From contig CAZVKB010000004.1 of the NCBI GenBank assembly GCA_964627505.1, forward strand, positions 3,295 to 67,294: a stretch of 64,000 nucleotides of DNA. Direction: 5' to 3'. Below the pieces are notes generated by a model. The model did not search any database. It was not told the origin of the DNA and saw only the letters and a list, made by a program, of their open reading frames with translations. The position numbers and the translations under genes are program-made. This DNA is from an uncultured Actinomycetes bacterium (lineage in GTDB: Bacteria; Actinomycetota; Actinomycetes; S36-B12; UBA10799). How positions within the stretch are numbered: the stretch's first letter is position 1; each line of letters begins with the position of its first letter. Shown here in pieces: positions 19,073-27,899 of the stretch.

Positions 19073-19909
19073 TTACACCCGATTGAACAGTTCCGGGTCT
19101 GGACCGGTCCGTTCGCCGCGATCCAAACCGTCGATAGCCGCCATCTCGGCCGGGCTCAAGTCAAAGTCGAACAACTCGAAGTTCTCCCGCATCCGGTCCG
19201 GGTGCATGGACTTGGGAAAGACGATGTCGCCACGCTGAATTGCCCACCGCAAAGTGACTTGCGCTGGCGTGCGCTCGTGCGCCTGCGCAATCTGCTCGAT
19301 CACCGGATCAGCCAACACCCGCCCGCGGGCGATCGGAGACCAAGCCTCGGTGGCGATGCCCAGTTCCGCATTGGTCGCACGCAGCGCATCTTGGCGCAGA
19401 TAGGGGTGTACCTCGATTTGGTTGACGGCTGGCACAACATCGGTCGCCGCGATGATCTGTTGCAGGTGTGCAGCATGGAAGTTGGACACCCCAATCGCCC
19501 GCACGCGTCCCTGCGCTAATAGTTCGACCAGCGCAGCCCACGCCTCCACATATTGCCCGCGCTTCGGTAGTGGCCAATGGATCAGAAACAAGTCCACATA
19601 TTCCAGTCCCAGCGCGGTCAACGAACCGTCGAAAGCTGCCAACGCTGCTTTTCGTTCATGAAAGCCGTTGTTCAACTTGGTCGTCACAAAGACCTCATCC
19701 CGCGGCAATCCGCTGTCCCGAATCGCTCGACCGACCCCAGCCTCATTGCCATACATCTGCGCAGTGTCGAGATGTCGATAACCCTGATCCAGAGCGGCCA
19801 GCGTGACCTGCGCTGCCTCTGCCGGTGGCACGAGGAAGGTGCCGAAACCTAGTTGCGGAATCGTCACACCGTTGTTGAGGGTGAGTTGCGGAATCTGATG
19901 AATACTCAT
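19073..19909 (-). CDS. Aldo/keto reductase (2,5-diketo-D-gluconate reductase-like)
   Basis: GYRHLDTAQMYGNE, LIHWP and IGVSNF motifs. Confidence 0.9.
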   Translation of the reverse strand: MSIHQIPQLTLNNGVTIPQLGFGTFLVPPAEAAQVTLAALDQGYRHLDTAQMYGNEAGVGRAIRDSGLPRDEVFVTTKLNNGFHERKAALAAFDGSLTALGLEYVDLFLIHWPLPKRGQYVEAWAALVELLAQGRVRAIGVSNFHAAHLQQIIAATDVVPAVNQIEVHPYLRQDALRATNAELGIATEAWSPIARGRVLADPVIEQIAQAHERTPAQVTLRWAIQRGDIVFPKSMHPDRMRENFELFDFDLSPAEMAAIDGLDRGERTGPDPELFNRV

Positions 19910-20020
19910 GGCCTGATGCTGCCATCCGCCTCCGACGCAATCAACGCACCGGCGCGCCCGATCCGAGTACCGCTGACAACAAAATCAGTCCGAGTGCTGC
20001 TGCGCACGCAACCTCACTGC

Positions 20021-21220
20021 CTACTCCAACACCGACAACACGATGTCGAGACCGTGCTCGAGATCCTCGATGGAAATCATCAACGGTGGCGCCAAACGCA
20101 ACGTCGTCTCGTGCGTCTCCTTCATCAGTACGCCCTGACGCAATGCGGCCTCGCACCGCTGCCGAGCCGTGACCTGGCCACCAGCAGTGACTACTCCAGC
20201 CCACAACCCCTTGCCGCGAACTTCCACCACGGATTCCGGCGCCTGGACTCGGAGCCGTTCCAGCATGGCAGTACCCAACTCCTCTGACCGCTGCTGCATC
20301 TCCCCCTCCCGCAACATCCGGATCACCTCACGCCCAATCGCCAAGGCCAGCGGGTTCCCGCCGAAAGTCGATCCATGCTCACCTGGGTGCAATACCGCCA
20401 AGACATCATCCCGAGACACCACCGCCGACACCGGGATGATGCCCCCGCCCAGAGCTTTTCCAAGCAGCACCACATCAGGTATGACCCCCTCCCAATCACA
20501 CGCCAGAGTCCGCCCCGTGCGACCCAGCCCGGATTGGATCTCATCAGCGATGAACAGGACGTTGGCCTCCCGACACGCAGCAGCCGCGGCGGTCAGGTAG
20601 CCCGCTGGCGGCACAACCACCCCTGCTTCACCCTGGATCGGCTCCACCAGAAACGCCACCACATTTTCGTCCGCCAACGCCGCGGTGAGGGCGCCGATGT
20701 CCCCGTAGTCCACCGCCTCAAAACCCGGAGTAAACGGACCGAAGTCATTGCGCGCCACCGGGTCATCACTGAAGGAAACGATGGTGGTGGTGCGACCATG
20801 GAAGTTGCCGTGTGCCACCAAGATCTTGGCTTGCCCAGGTGCCACACCCTTGACCCGATACCCCCACGCCCGCGCCGTCTTGATGGCGGATTCGACAGCC
20901 TCTGCACCCGAGTTCATCGGCAGCACCCGATCCAACCCCACGAGGTCGGCCAGTTCGGCGCAGAACGGACCCAGCTGGTCGGAATGCATCGCTCGACTAG
21001 TGAGCGTCACGCGATCGAGTTGTGCGCGTGCCGCAGTTACCAGGCGCGGGTGTCGATGGCCGAAGTTGAGCGCGGAATAAGCACTGAGGAAATCCAGATA
21101 GCGACGGCCTTCGACATCCGTCACCCAGGCGCCCTCCGCCGAAGCCACGACCACCGGCAGCGGGTGGTAGTTGTGGGCACCGTGGAGGTCTTCGAGGTGG
21201 CGCAGATCAGCAGCTGTCAT
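20021..21220 (-). CDS. rocD: Ornithine--oxo-acid aminotransferase
   Basis: GAHNYHPLPVV, LSAYSALNFGHRHP, a class-III aminotransferase body and DEIQSGLGRTG. The start was trimmed to the ATG at 21220. Confidence 0.85.
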   Translation of the reverse strand: MTAADLRHLEDLHGAHNYHPLPVVVASAEGAWVTDVEGRRYLDFLSAYSALNFGHRHPRLVTAARAQLDRVTLTSRAMHSDQLGPFCAELADLVGLDRVLPMNSGAEAVESAIKTARAWGYRVKGVAPGQAKILVAHGNFHGRTTTIVSFSDDPVARNDFGPFTPGFEAVDYGDIGALTAALADENVVAFLVEPIQGEAGVVVPPAGYLTAAAAACREANVLFIADEIQSGLGRTGRTLACDWEGVIPDVVLLGKALGGGIIPVSAVVSRDDVLAVLHPGEHGSTFGGNPLALAIGREVIRMLREGEMQQRSEELGTAMLERLRVQAPESVVEVRGKGLWAGVVTAGGQVTARQRCEAALRQGVLMKETHETTLRLAPPLMISIEDLEHGLDIVLSVLE

Positions 21221-21236
21221 AGCCCACAGCCTAGGG

Positions 21237-22121
21237 CTAGGACACCCCTTTCGGCATGTCCACAACCTCCGGCCACGGTCGCGTCGAGGCTAGTACGGCA
21301 AGGTCCAGCTCGTTCGCAACTGTCGGGACAACACCTGGCTCGGCGTCAACCGCAGCGCAGTATTGCGCAGTGCCACAGCCACCGGCGCTTGCCATTGGGC
21401 GATCCGGCCGAATTGCGCCGCCCGCGCCACCACCGCATTCGCACGTGCTCGCCGCCGCAAACCAGTGCCAACGATCACCATCAATGCCGCAGCCGCCGAA
21501 CCGCCGTCCCTCTCCCCAGAACTCTCCCGACCAGTCGGGCGTGAATTCTGCCTCCGCGCTGACCCCACGCCAGCAGGTGTACCCCGAGTAGCGCGGCGGA
21601 TGCCTGCCCAGCACGCCCGTCCGAACCTGCGAATCCAGCCCGTCGGCACCAATCAAAATGTCCCCTGAGATGCGCTCGCCGTCGACCAAGGTCACCGTGG
21701 CATGAGCGGCATCTACCGCTCCCGCCTGCGCCGATGTGCGCACATGCACACCCCGGGACATGGCTGCCGCAAGTAAGTGATGCTGGAGGGTGGCGCGGTG
21801 CAATCCCCACGCTGGTGCGCCCACGGCAATGCGCAGGGCAGCGGCCTCGTTGGGCCCGAGCGCCGAGAGCACCCGGCCAGCCGCATCACAAATCGTGACC
21901 GAATCCAACACTCGCGCCACATCCGGAAGGTCGCCGACGAGCCCTAACCGCTGCAACGCCAGCACCGCATTCGGCTGTACCGTCAGCCCCGCCCCCACAG
22001 TCGTGAGCACATCGGCCTGCTCCAGCACCGCCACCTCGATGCCAGCCTCAGCAAGAGCTGCCGCCACGGTCAGCCCCCCGATCCCGGCCCCGACCACCAC
22101 ACACTTCAATCTCTCCTGCAT
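21237..22121 (-). CDS. FAD-dependent monooxygenase, apparently C-terminally truncated or frameshifted (possible pseudogene)
   Basis: Intact GxGxxG (VVGAGIGGL) and GADGLDSQVR motifs. The C-terminal GDAAH region is missing, and the last ~70 residues are atypical. Confidence 0.6.
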   Translation of the reverse strand: MQERLKCVVVGAGIGGLTVAAALAEAGIEVAVLEQADVLTTVGAGLTVQPNAVLALQRLGLVGDLPDVARVLDSVTICDAAGRVLSALGPNEAAALRIAVGAPAWGLHRATLQHHLLAAAMSRGVHVRTSAQAGAVDAAHATVTLVDGERISGDILIGADGLDSQVRTGVLGRHPPRYSGYTCWRGVSAEAEFTPDWSGEFWGEGRRFGGCGIDGDRWHWFAAASTCECGGGAGGAIRPDRPMASAGGCGTAQYCAAVDAEPGVVPTVANELDLAVLASTRPWPEVVDMPKGVS

Positions 22122-22142
22122 GCCGCTACCTACAACCGCACT

Positions 22143-24791
22143 CTAAGCAAGGCCCGCGCCGCCGTGGGTACGTCGGAATTCCACGAACCAGTCCCACAGT
22201 TCGTCCGGCGGCATGGGCCGGGCGTACAGATACCCCTGAACTGACGTGCACCGCCGACGCTGGAGATAGTCAGACTGTTCCGACGTCTCCACCCCCTCTG
22301 CCACGCACCGCATGTTCAGCTCCTCGGCCAGTGCGATGATCGAACGCACCACCGCCTCCCCTGCCGGATCCACGCCAATCTGCCACACGAAGGAACAATC
22401 GATCTTGATGGTGTCAATCGGGAACAGCCGCAAGTTGGCAAGGGAGGAATAGCCGGTTCCGAAATCGTCCAAGGCGAACCGCACCCCGCGATCATGCAGA
22501 ACCCGCATCACTTCAGCGCTCGCCTCCGGTCGCCGCATGGCCCAGTTCTCAGTGATCTCCAATTCGAGTCGATCACTGTTCCAGCCGTTTCGTTCGAGTT
22601 CCCGTACCACCACATCGGCGAATCCGGTCTGCCCGAAATGTCGGCCGCTGACATTAACGGCCAGGTCAATGTCACCCATGCCGCGGTGCCGCCACTCGGC
22701 CACCTGGTGCAGGGACTGCGCCAACACCCACTCGCCGATCGCCAAGATGCTGCCACCTGCTTCCGCGACTGGAATGAACTCGGCCGGGCTGGGATTACCC
22801 AGCTCCGAGTTTTGCCACCGCAACAGCACCTCCACCCCAGTCATGGTCATAGTCGCAATGTCTATTTGCGGTTGGTAGAACAACTGAAATTCGCCGCTGT
22901 CCAACGCTTGTCGAAGTCCCCGCACGATCGCCCCCCGACGCTCCTGCAGACTGAAGGTTTCCGAATCGAAAAAGCGCCACGAGTTGCGGCCCTCGTGCTT
23001 GACCTCGTACATGGCGGTGTCGCCGCTGCGCAGCAGTGCGTTCGGGCCGTTGCCATCACGCGGGTACAGCGCGATCCCGATGGAGACCGAAGTGTGAATG
23101 AGGTTGGACTCCACCACAAACGGCCGACGCATGGCCCCGGCCACTTGTTCGGCCACGCGCGCCGCCTTGGCTTCGTCCGCATTCGGGATCACCACCACAA
23201 ATTCGTCCCCCGACAGTCGCGCTACCAGATCTTCGCTCGCCAATTGTTCCCGCAAACGCTCGATCGTGGCAATCATGAGCAGATCGCCGGCCTCATGCCC
23301 AAGCGAGTCATTGACCCCTTTGAAATCATCGATATCGAGATAGAGCAACGCAAACTCGTGACCGGTGAGTTCGGAATCTTCCACTAGTTCCGAAATTCGC
23401 TCCAGTAGCAACCGCCGGGTGGGGGCGCCGGTCAACGGGTCGTAGAACGCCAGCCGCTCGATCTCTTCCTGATTGCGCTTTCGCTCCGATATGTCCAGCG
23501 CGAGCGCAGCGTAGTTGCGGACGAAACCGTCTTCGTCGAGCATCCGGATAATCCGGGTTTCCTGCGGGTAGATCTCCCCGTTTTTGCGCCGGTTCCACAT
23601 TTCGCCGGACCAGTAATTGTCGGCGTTCAGAGCGTGCCAAAGTTCCTTGTAGAACGACTTGGGGTGCCGGCCGGATTGTAATACGGAAGGCTGTACCCCG
23701 ATCAGTTCAGCTTGGGTGTACCCGGTCATGCTTTCGTAGGCCTGGTTCACCGACACGATCCGGTTGTTGCCATCGGTGATGATCACCCCTTCGGCACTGC
23801 GGGCCAACACCTCCGCAGCCAGATGCAGATCCAATTGGGCTTGCCGGACATCGGTAAGGTCAGTCGCGATTCCCCCGACCGCGAAGATCCGACCACTGGT
23901 GTCGCGCAGCGGAAATCGGGTAGTGGCGATCACTTGGGTGTCGCCATCGTGCTCCCGCATTTCCTCCAGCACGATTTGGCGGCCTGTGCGAATCACCTCC
24001 GCCTCGAGGTTGTGGGCCTCGATCACTTCTGGCAACGGGAGCCAGTCGTGGCGGGTGTGTCCCAGCACCTCCTCCATCGGGCGAGCCAGCTCAGCCAACA
24101 TGGCCGTGTTTGCCAGCAGGCACGTCCCTTGCGTGTCGAAGGCGTACATCGGCAGGGCGGAACTGTCGAGCATGGCTTGGAACAGCACTCGGATCCGATC
24201 GGACTCCAACTCGGCGGTGCGGTCCTCGAGCAGCACCAGCAGCCGATCTGCGTCAACCCGTTTGGAGTCCAGCACGGCGAAGAGCAACTCCACCGGGATT
24301 CGACGCGCCGACCGACGTGGCAATACATGCAGATCGGCTAGTCGGACCGCTTCCCCGATCGGAATGGTGCGAGTGGCCGCATAGAACACGGTGCGCGAAT
24401 CTTCGTCGAGCATGGTGAGCAGGGATTTGGGCGCGAATCTGTTATTCGCCGGAAGTCCGAGCAACTCCACGGCCATGCGATTGGCTTCCAGAATCCGAAA
24501 CCCGAGGTCAATCACGATCGCCGCGACCGGCATGTTTTCAAAGATGGTGGAAAATTCTGACAGTGCTCTTGCCGCCCGCGCCTGGGTCTCCAGTAGTTCC
24601 TGATTCTGGACCTCGAGTTCGCTCTGATACAGGCTGAGTTCCTGCACCAGCGTTTGCACGCGCGCGGCGGCGTCGGCGTCGTGGAGCAGTTCGGGACTGT
24701 CTTGCGTTAATTGTGTGACTGCCCGGGCCCGGTCCCGCAGGTAGGAGAGGCGCTCGTGACGTTCCTGTTCGGGCTCTCCGTGGTCATTCAT
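22143..24791 (-). CDS. Multi-PAS GGDEF-EAL protein (diguanylate cyclase / c-di-GMP phosphodiesterase)
   Basis: N-terminal coiled coil and at least three PAS-like segments. GGDEF domain with SGDEF. EAL domain with EVL, DDFGTGYSS, KIDCSF and EGVET. The start overlaps the upstream gene by 8 nt. Confidence 0.9.
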   Translation of the reverse strand: MNDHGEPEQERHERLSYLRDRARAVTQLTQDSPELLHDADAAARVQTLVQELSLYQSELEVQNQELLETQARAARALSEFSTIFENMPVAAIVIDLGFRILEANRMAVELLGLPANNRFAPKSLLTMLDEDSRTVFYAATRTIPIGEAVRLADLHVLPRRSARRIPVELLFAVLDSKRVDADRLLVLLEDRTAELESDRIRVLFQAMLDSSALPMYAFDTQGTCLLANTAMLAELARPMEEVLGHTRHDWLPLPEVIEAHNLEAEVIRTGRQIVLEEMREHDGDTQVIATTRFPLRDTSGRIFAVGGIATDLTDVRQAQLDLHLAAEVLARSAEGVIITDGNNRIVSVNQAYESMTGYTQAELIGVQPSVLQSGRHPKSFYKELWHALNADNYWSGEMWNRRKNGEIYPQETRIIRMLDEDGFVRNYAALALDISERKRNQEEIERLAFYDPLTGAPTRRLLLERISELVEDSELTGHEFALLYLDIDDFKGVNDSLGHEAGDLLMIATIERLREQLASEDLVARLSGDEFVVVIPNADEAKAARVAEQVAGAMRRPFVVESNLIHTSVSIGIALYPRDGNGPNALLRSGDTAMYEVKHEGRNSWRFFDSETFSLQERRGAIVRGLRQALDSGEFQLFYQPQIDIATMTMTGVEVLLRWQNSELGNPSPAEFIPVAEAGGSILAIGEWVLAQSLHQVAEWRHRGMGDIDLAVNVSGRHFGQTGFADVVVRELERNGWNSDRLELEITENWAMRRPEASAEVMRVLHDRGVRFALDDFGTGYSSLANLRLFPIDTIKIDCSFVWQIGVDPAGEAVVRSIIALAEELNMRCVAEGVETSEQSDYLQRRRCTSVQGYLYARPMPPDELWDWFVEFRRTHGGAGLA

Positions 24792-27750
24792 GGTGTGTGG
24801 CCGCCTGTCGCCAGGGAGTGACGTTCACATGGCTGACGACCGCCCCGAAGCTGCCATCCATAATCCTCGAAACATTCATGACAAACCACCGCTGCTCGGT
24901 CGGTGAATGGCAGGGGTATTCCATCGAGAACGTCGCCTCGGTCCCCTCCAGCACATGCCGCAGGCCGACCACAGCTTCGTTTGCGGAATCCTCATCCGGC
25001 AGGCCGCCCATGCAGGCGTCGAAGTAGTTCGCCCCCGGGCCGGAGTGGATCATTGCCGGATCTCCGTTGGCGCGAGCAAACCGTACCCAGGCTGCGTTCA
25101 CCATCCGAATGGTGCCGTCGACGTCAACCACTGCCACGTGTTCTGGCAGTGCATCGATGACGGCTTGCAGGCGGCGGAGGTCGTGGAAGGCCGTGAAGTC
25201 GACAAACGTCGCCACGGCGCCTCGCACCGTTGGCGAACCCACTTGGTACGGCAGGATTCGTACCAAATAGGTGTGCCGACCGTCGAGTGAGCGCACTTCG
25301 CGCTCGGTCATACGCTCCTGGGTCATAGTGCTTTCCATGTCCACGATCAAATCGGGGTAATCCATGGAGTGCGCAAAGTCATCGAGCCGACGACCGATAT
25401 CGGAGTCCCGCAGCCGGAAAATCAAAGCTGCATCAGGGGAGAACCTCGTCAACACCAAGTTTTCGTCCACAAACACGGTGGCCACCCCCGCGGCTTTCGC
25501 CATGCTGTCGAGGTCGGCGTTCATGCGGTTGAGCACGAGTACCTTTTCCTGGTACTCCACATTGACCGTGTTGAGTTCTTCATTGAGGCTCTGCAGTTCT
25601 TCGTTGGAACTCTGCATCTCCTCGTTGGACGCCATCAGTTCCTCATTGGTGGCCTGCAGTTCCTCATTGGCCGTTTCCAACGCCTCGATGGTGGATTGCA
25701 GACTTTCCCGTGTGGCCATCAACTCACGTTCGAGGATGCTGATCCGCCGCACAGTCTCTTCATCGACATCAACCGAGCCGGCTTCCCCGTCGGTTGATAC
25801 ATCACCTGCGTTCTCGAAGCACAGCAGCGTGAACCGCTCCTCCTCGGGTTGCCGCAACGGATGCGCAGACAACCGCAGATGTTGCGTACTGCCGTCGAGA
25901 GCCGACACCTGCACATGGTCGGAGATGATCGCAACGTTGTCGCGATTCGATTTGTGCAGCAATGCTGAGGCGACCGGCACCAACGGCCCTGGCAACAACC
26001 GGTTGACCATCAGACTGGCCGACCCAGCACTCAAACGTACGAAGGGTGACACGTCGCCGAAGACATGCACCACCTCATGGTTGGCATTGACCAAAATCGC
26101 CGGGGGCGCGAACTCCCGCAACAGCGCCAAAGTCCCGGCCTCCAAGAGATCCGGATCGACGTGAGTCGGCGGCTGCGGGCGGGAGACTGAGCGCACCACC
26201 GAGGAACGACCCGCGGGCATGGGACCGGGCATCATCCGTTCCACAGAAAGCGGACGGGTTTTGCCCACCTTTTGAAAAATCTTGTGCCGAGAACTCACCA
26301 CCCGCAAACCTTCGGTGCCTGAGGACAGTGATTCGCTGGATCCCAAGAAGAGGTAGCCACCGGGCCGGATGGCATATTCCAGTGACCGCAGCGCGCGTTC
26401 CTGGGCTGACAATTTGAAGTAGATCAGGGTATTGCGGCACAGCACCAGATCCATGTTGGTGAAGGGTGGATCGGACAGCAGGTTGTGCCGTGCCACCACC
26501 ACGGACTGCCGCAGTTCGTTGGTCACCACAAATGAGTTGCCCTGTTTGATGAAGAAGTGCTCCAAGCGGTCGCGGTTGATCTCCACACTGGTGGATTCGG
26601 GGTACTGGCCGGCTCCGGCGCTTTCCACGCACCGCTGATCGACATCGGTAGCAAAAATTTTCAACGGCGGCCAGGTGCCGGCGCGCTGAAACGCTTCCAT
26701 GAAAAGGATCCCCAGGGAATAGGCTTCCTCCCCAGTGGCGGTGCCGGCCACCCACGCCCGAATCACTTCCCCACCTTTTTTGTTCGCCATGATGTCGGGG
26801 ATGACGACTTCGGCCAACAGGTCAAAAGCCTCGGCATCTCGGAAGAAACTCGTAACTGCGATCAACATCTCTTGCCGCAGTGTCAAAGCTTCGGAACGGT
26901 CGTTGAGCAGCAGTCGGTAGTAAGCGTCGAGGTCAGGGACGTGCCGCACCTGCATCCGTCGATCGATCCGGCGCAGAATGGTCGCCGGCTTGTAGTCCCG
27001 GAAGTCGATCCCACCCACTTCGAACAGCAGGGCCAGGATCGCTTCGAGCGCCTCATCCGCCGACAGGTGCGCCATGGACACCGGCACATTGCTGATCTCG
27101 GAGGGCGCAGTAAACGGCTCGTGGCGCATGTGCGCCATGATGCGGCCGGGCAGATCCTCCGCCGGCAGCACAGCATCCACCACACCGGTGCTGATCGCGC
27201 TTCTGGGCATGCCGTCGAACTTCGCCGATTCCGGCTCCTGCACACACACAAAGCCATCGGCGGCATTGATCGTCACCGTGCCCCGTGTGCCATCGGTGCC
27301 GGTGCCCGAGAGCACCACGCCAATCGCCTTCGATCGATACGTCTCAGCCAAGGACGCGAAAAAGATGTCGATCGGCAAGGTGAGTCCGTGCGGGCTCTTT
27401 GGGGTCAGGTGCAGATGCCCCTGACTGGCGTGCATGACCGCACCAGGAGGTATCAAATAGACGTGGCCAGGTTCGATGCGCATGTCATCCTCAACCACCA
27501 CCACAGGCATGCTGGTGTGGCGGGACAAAAGGTTGTTCATGATCGATTTGTGGTCTGGCGACAGGTGCTGGATCACCACGAAAGCCGCACCGCTATCAGA
27601 TGGACACGAGTCGAAGAAACGCTCCAGAGCGTCCAGCCCGCCCGCTGAGGCGCCGATGGCAACCACATAGCCATCACCGATTGCGGTTGGGGGGTGCCCG
27701 ACGACAGCCGATGGCTGCCCAGCCCCGACCAGGGGCGCCACCTCGGCCAT
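24784..27750 (-). CDS. CheB methylesterase - CheR methyltransferase fusion protein with coiled-coil and PAS domains; no kinase domain
   Basis: CheB-type AIGASAGGLDAL...VIQHL. CheR-type IRAWVAGTATGEEAYS. NEEL heptad coiled coil and C-terminal PAS-like segments (LPEHVAVVDVDGTIRMVNAAW). Confidence 0.85.
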   Translation of the reverse strand: MAEVAPLVGAGQPSAVVGHPPTAIGDGYVVAIGASAGGLDALERFFDSCPSDSGAAFVVIQHLSPDHKSIMNNLLSRHTSMPVVVVEDDMRIEPGHVYLIPPGAVMHASQGHLHLTPKSPHGLTLPIDIFFASLAETYRSKAIGVVLSGTGTDGTRGTVTINAADGFVCVQEPESAKFDGMPRSAISTGVVDAVLPAEDLPGRIMAHMRHEPFTAPSEISNVPVSMAHLSADEALEAILALLFEVGGIDFRDYKPATILRRIDRRMQVRHVPDLDAYYRLLLNDRSEALTLRQEMLIAVTSFFRDAEAFDLLAEVVIPDIMANKKGGEVIRAWVAGTATGEEAYSLGILFMEAFQRAGTWPPLKIFATDVDQRCVESAGAGQYPESTSVEINRDRLEHFFIKQGNSFVVTNELRQSVVVARHNLLSDPPFTNMDLVLCRNTLIYFKLSAQERALRSLEYAIRPGGYLFLGSSESLSSGTEGLRVVSSRHKIFQKVGKTRPLSVERMMPGPMPAGRSSVVRSVSRPQPPTHVDPDLLEAGTLALLREFAPPAILVNANHEVVHVFGDVSPFVRLSAGSASLMVNRLLPGPLVPVASALLHKSNRDNVAIISDHVQVSALDGSTQHLRLSAHPLRQPEEERFTLLCFENAGDVSTDGEAGSVDVDEETVRRISILERELMATRESLQSTIEALETANEELQATNEELMASNEEMQSSNEELQSLNEELNTVNVEYQEKVLVLNRMNADLDSMAKAAGVATVFVDENLVLTRFSPDAALIFRLRDSDIGRRLDDFAHSMDYPDLIVDMESTMTQERMTEREVRSLDGRHTYLVRILPYQVGSPTVRGAVATFVDFTAFHDLRRLQAVIDALPEHVAVVDVDGTIRMVNAAWVRFARANGDPAMIHSGPGANYFDACMGGLPDEDSANEAVVGLRHVLEGTEATFSMEYPCHSPTEQRWFVMNVSRIMDGSFGAVVSHVNVTPWRQAATHHE
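25575..25679 (-). repeat. Five tandem 21-bp units inside the CheB-CheR gene, encoding xNEELxx heptads
   Basis: Plus-strand units start at 25575, 25596, 25617, 25638 and 25659 (gttcttcattg / gttcttcgttg / tctcctcgttg / gttcctcattg / gttcctcattg). They translate to ANEELQA TNEELMA SNEEMQS SNEELQS LNEELNT. Confidence 0.8.
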
Positions 27751-27899
27751 GTTGCTGCCACCTTTCGGTCAGTTCCCCAATCGCGCCCATGGGCAGCATG
27801 CGACTCTCCGCATCGCCCTGCTCTGAAGGGGATCTCCACCCCCACCCTACGCCCATCCGGGCTAGTGGTTTCAACACATCGTCGGCTTCGGCAGCGAAA

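Noticed and set aside
20375-21544. A 389-aa plus-strand ORF
   Set aside because: It is antisense to rocD and the monooxygenase remnant and has a shadow-ORF composition.
25575-25679. Regular 21-bp periodicity that could be mistaken for a small repeat array
   Set aside because: The units are contiguous, with no spacers. They lie in frame within a long CDS and encode a heptad coiled coil, so this is not a CRISPR array or a non-coding satellite.
25364-27648. Two long plus-strand ORFs (25364-26164 and 26557-27648)
   Set aside because: Both are antisense to the CheB-CheR fusion gene. The first is a Ser-rich mirror image of the NEEL coiled coil.
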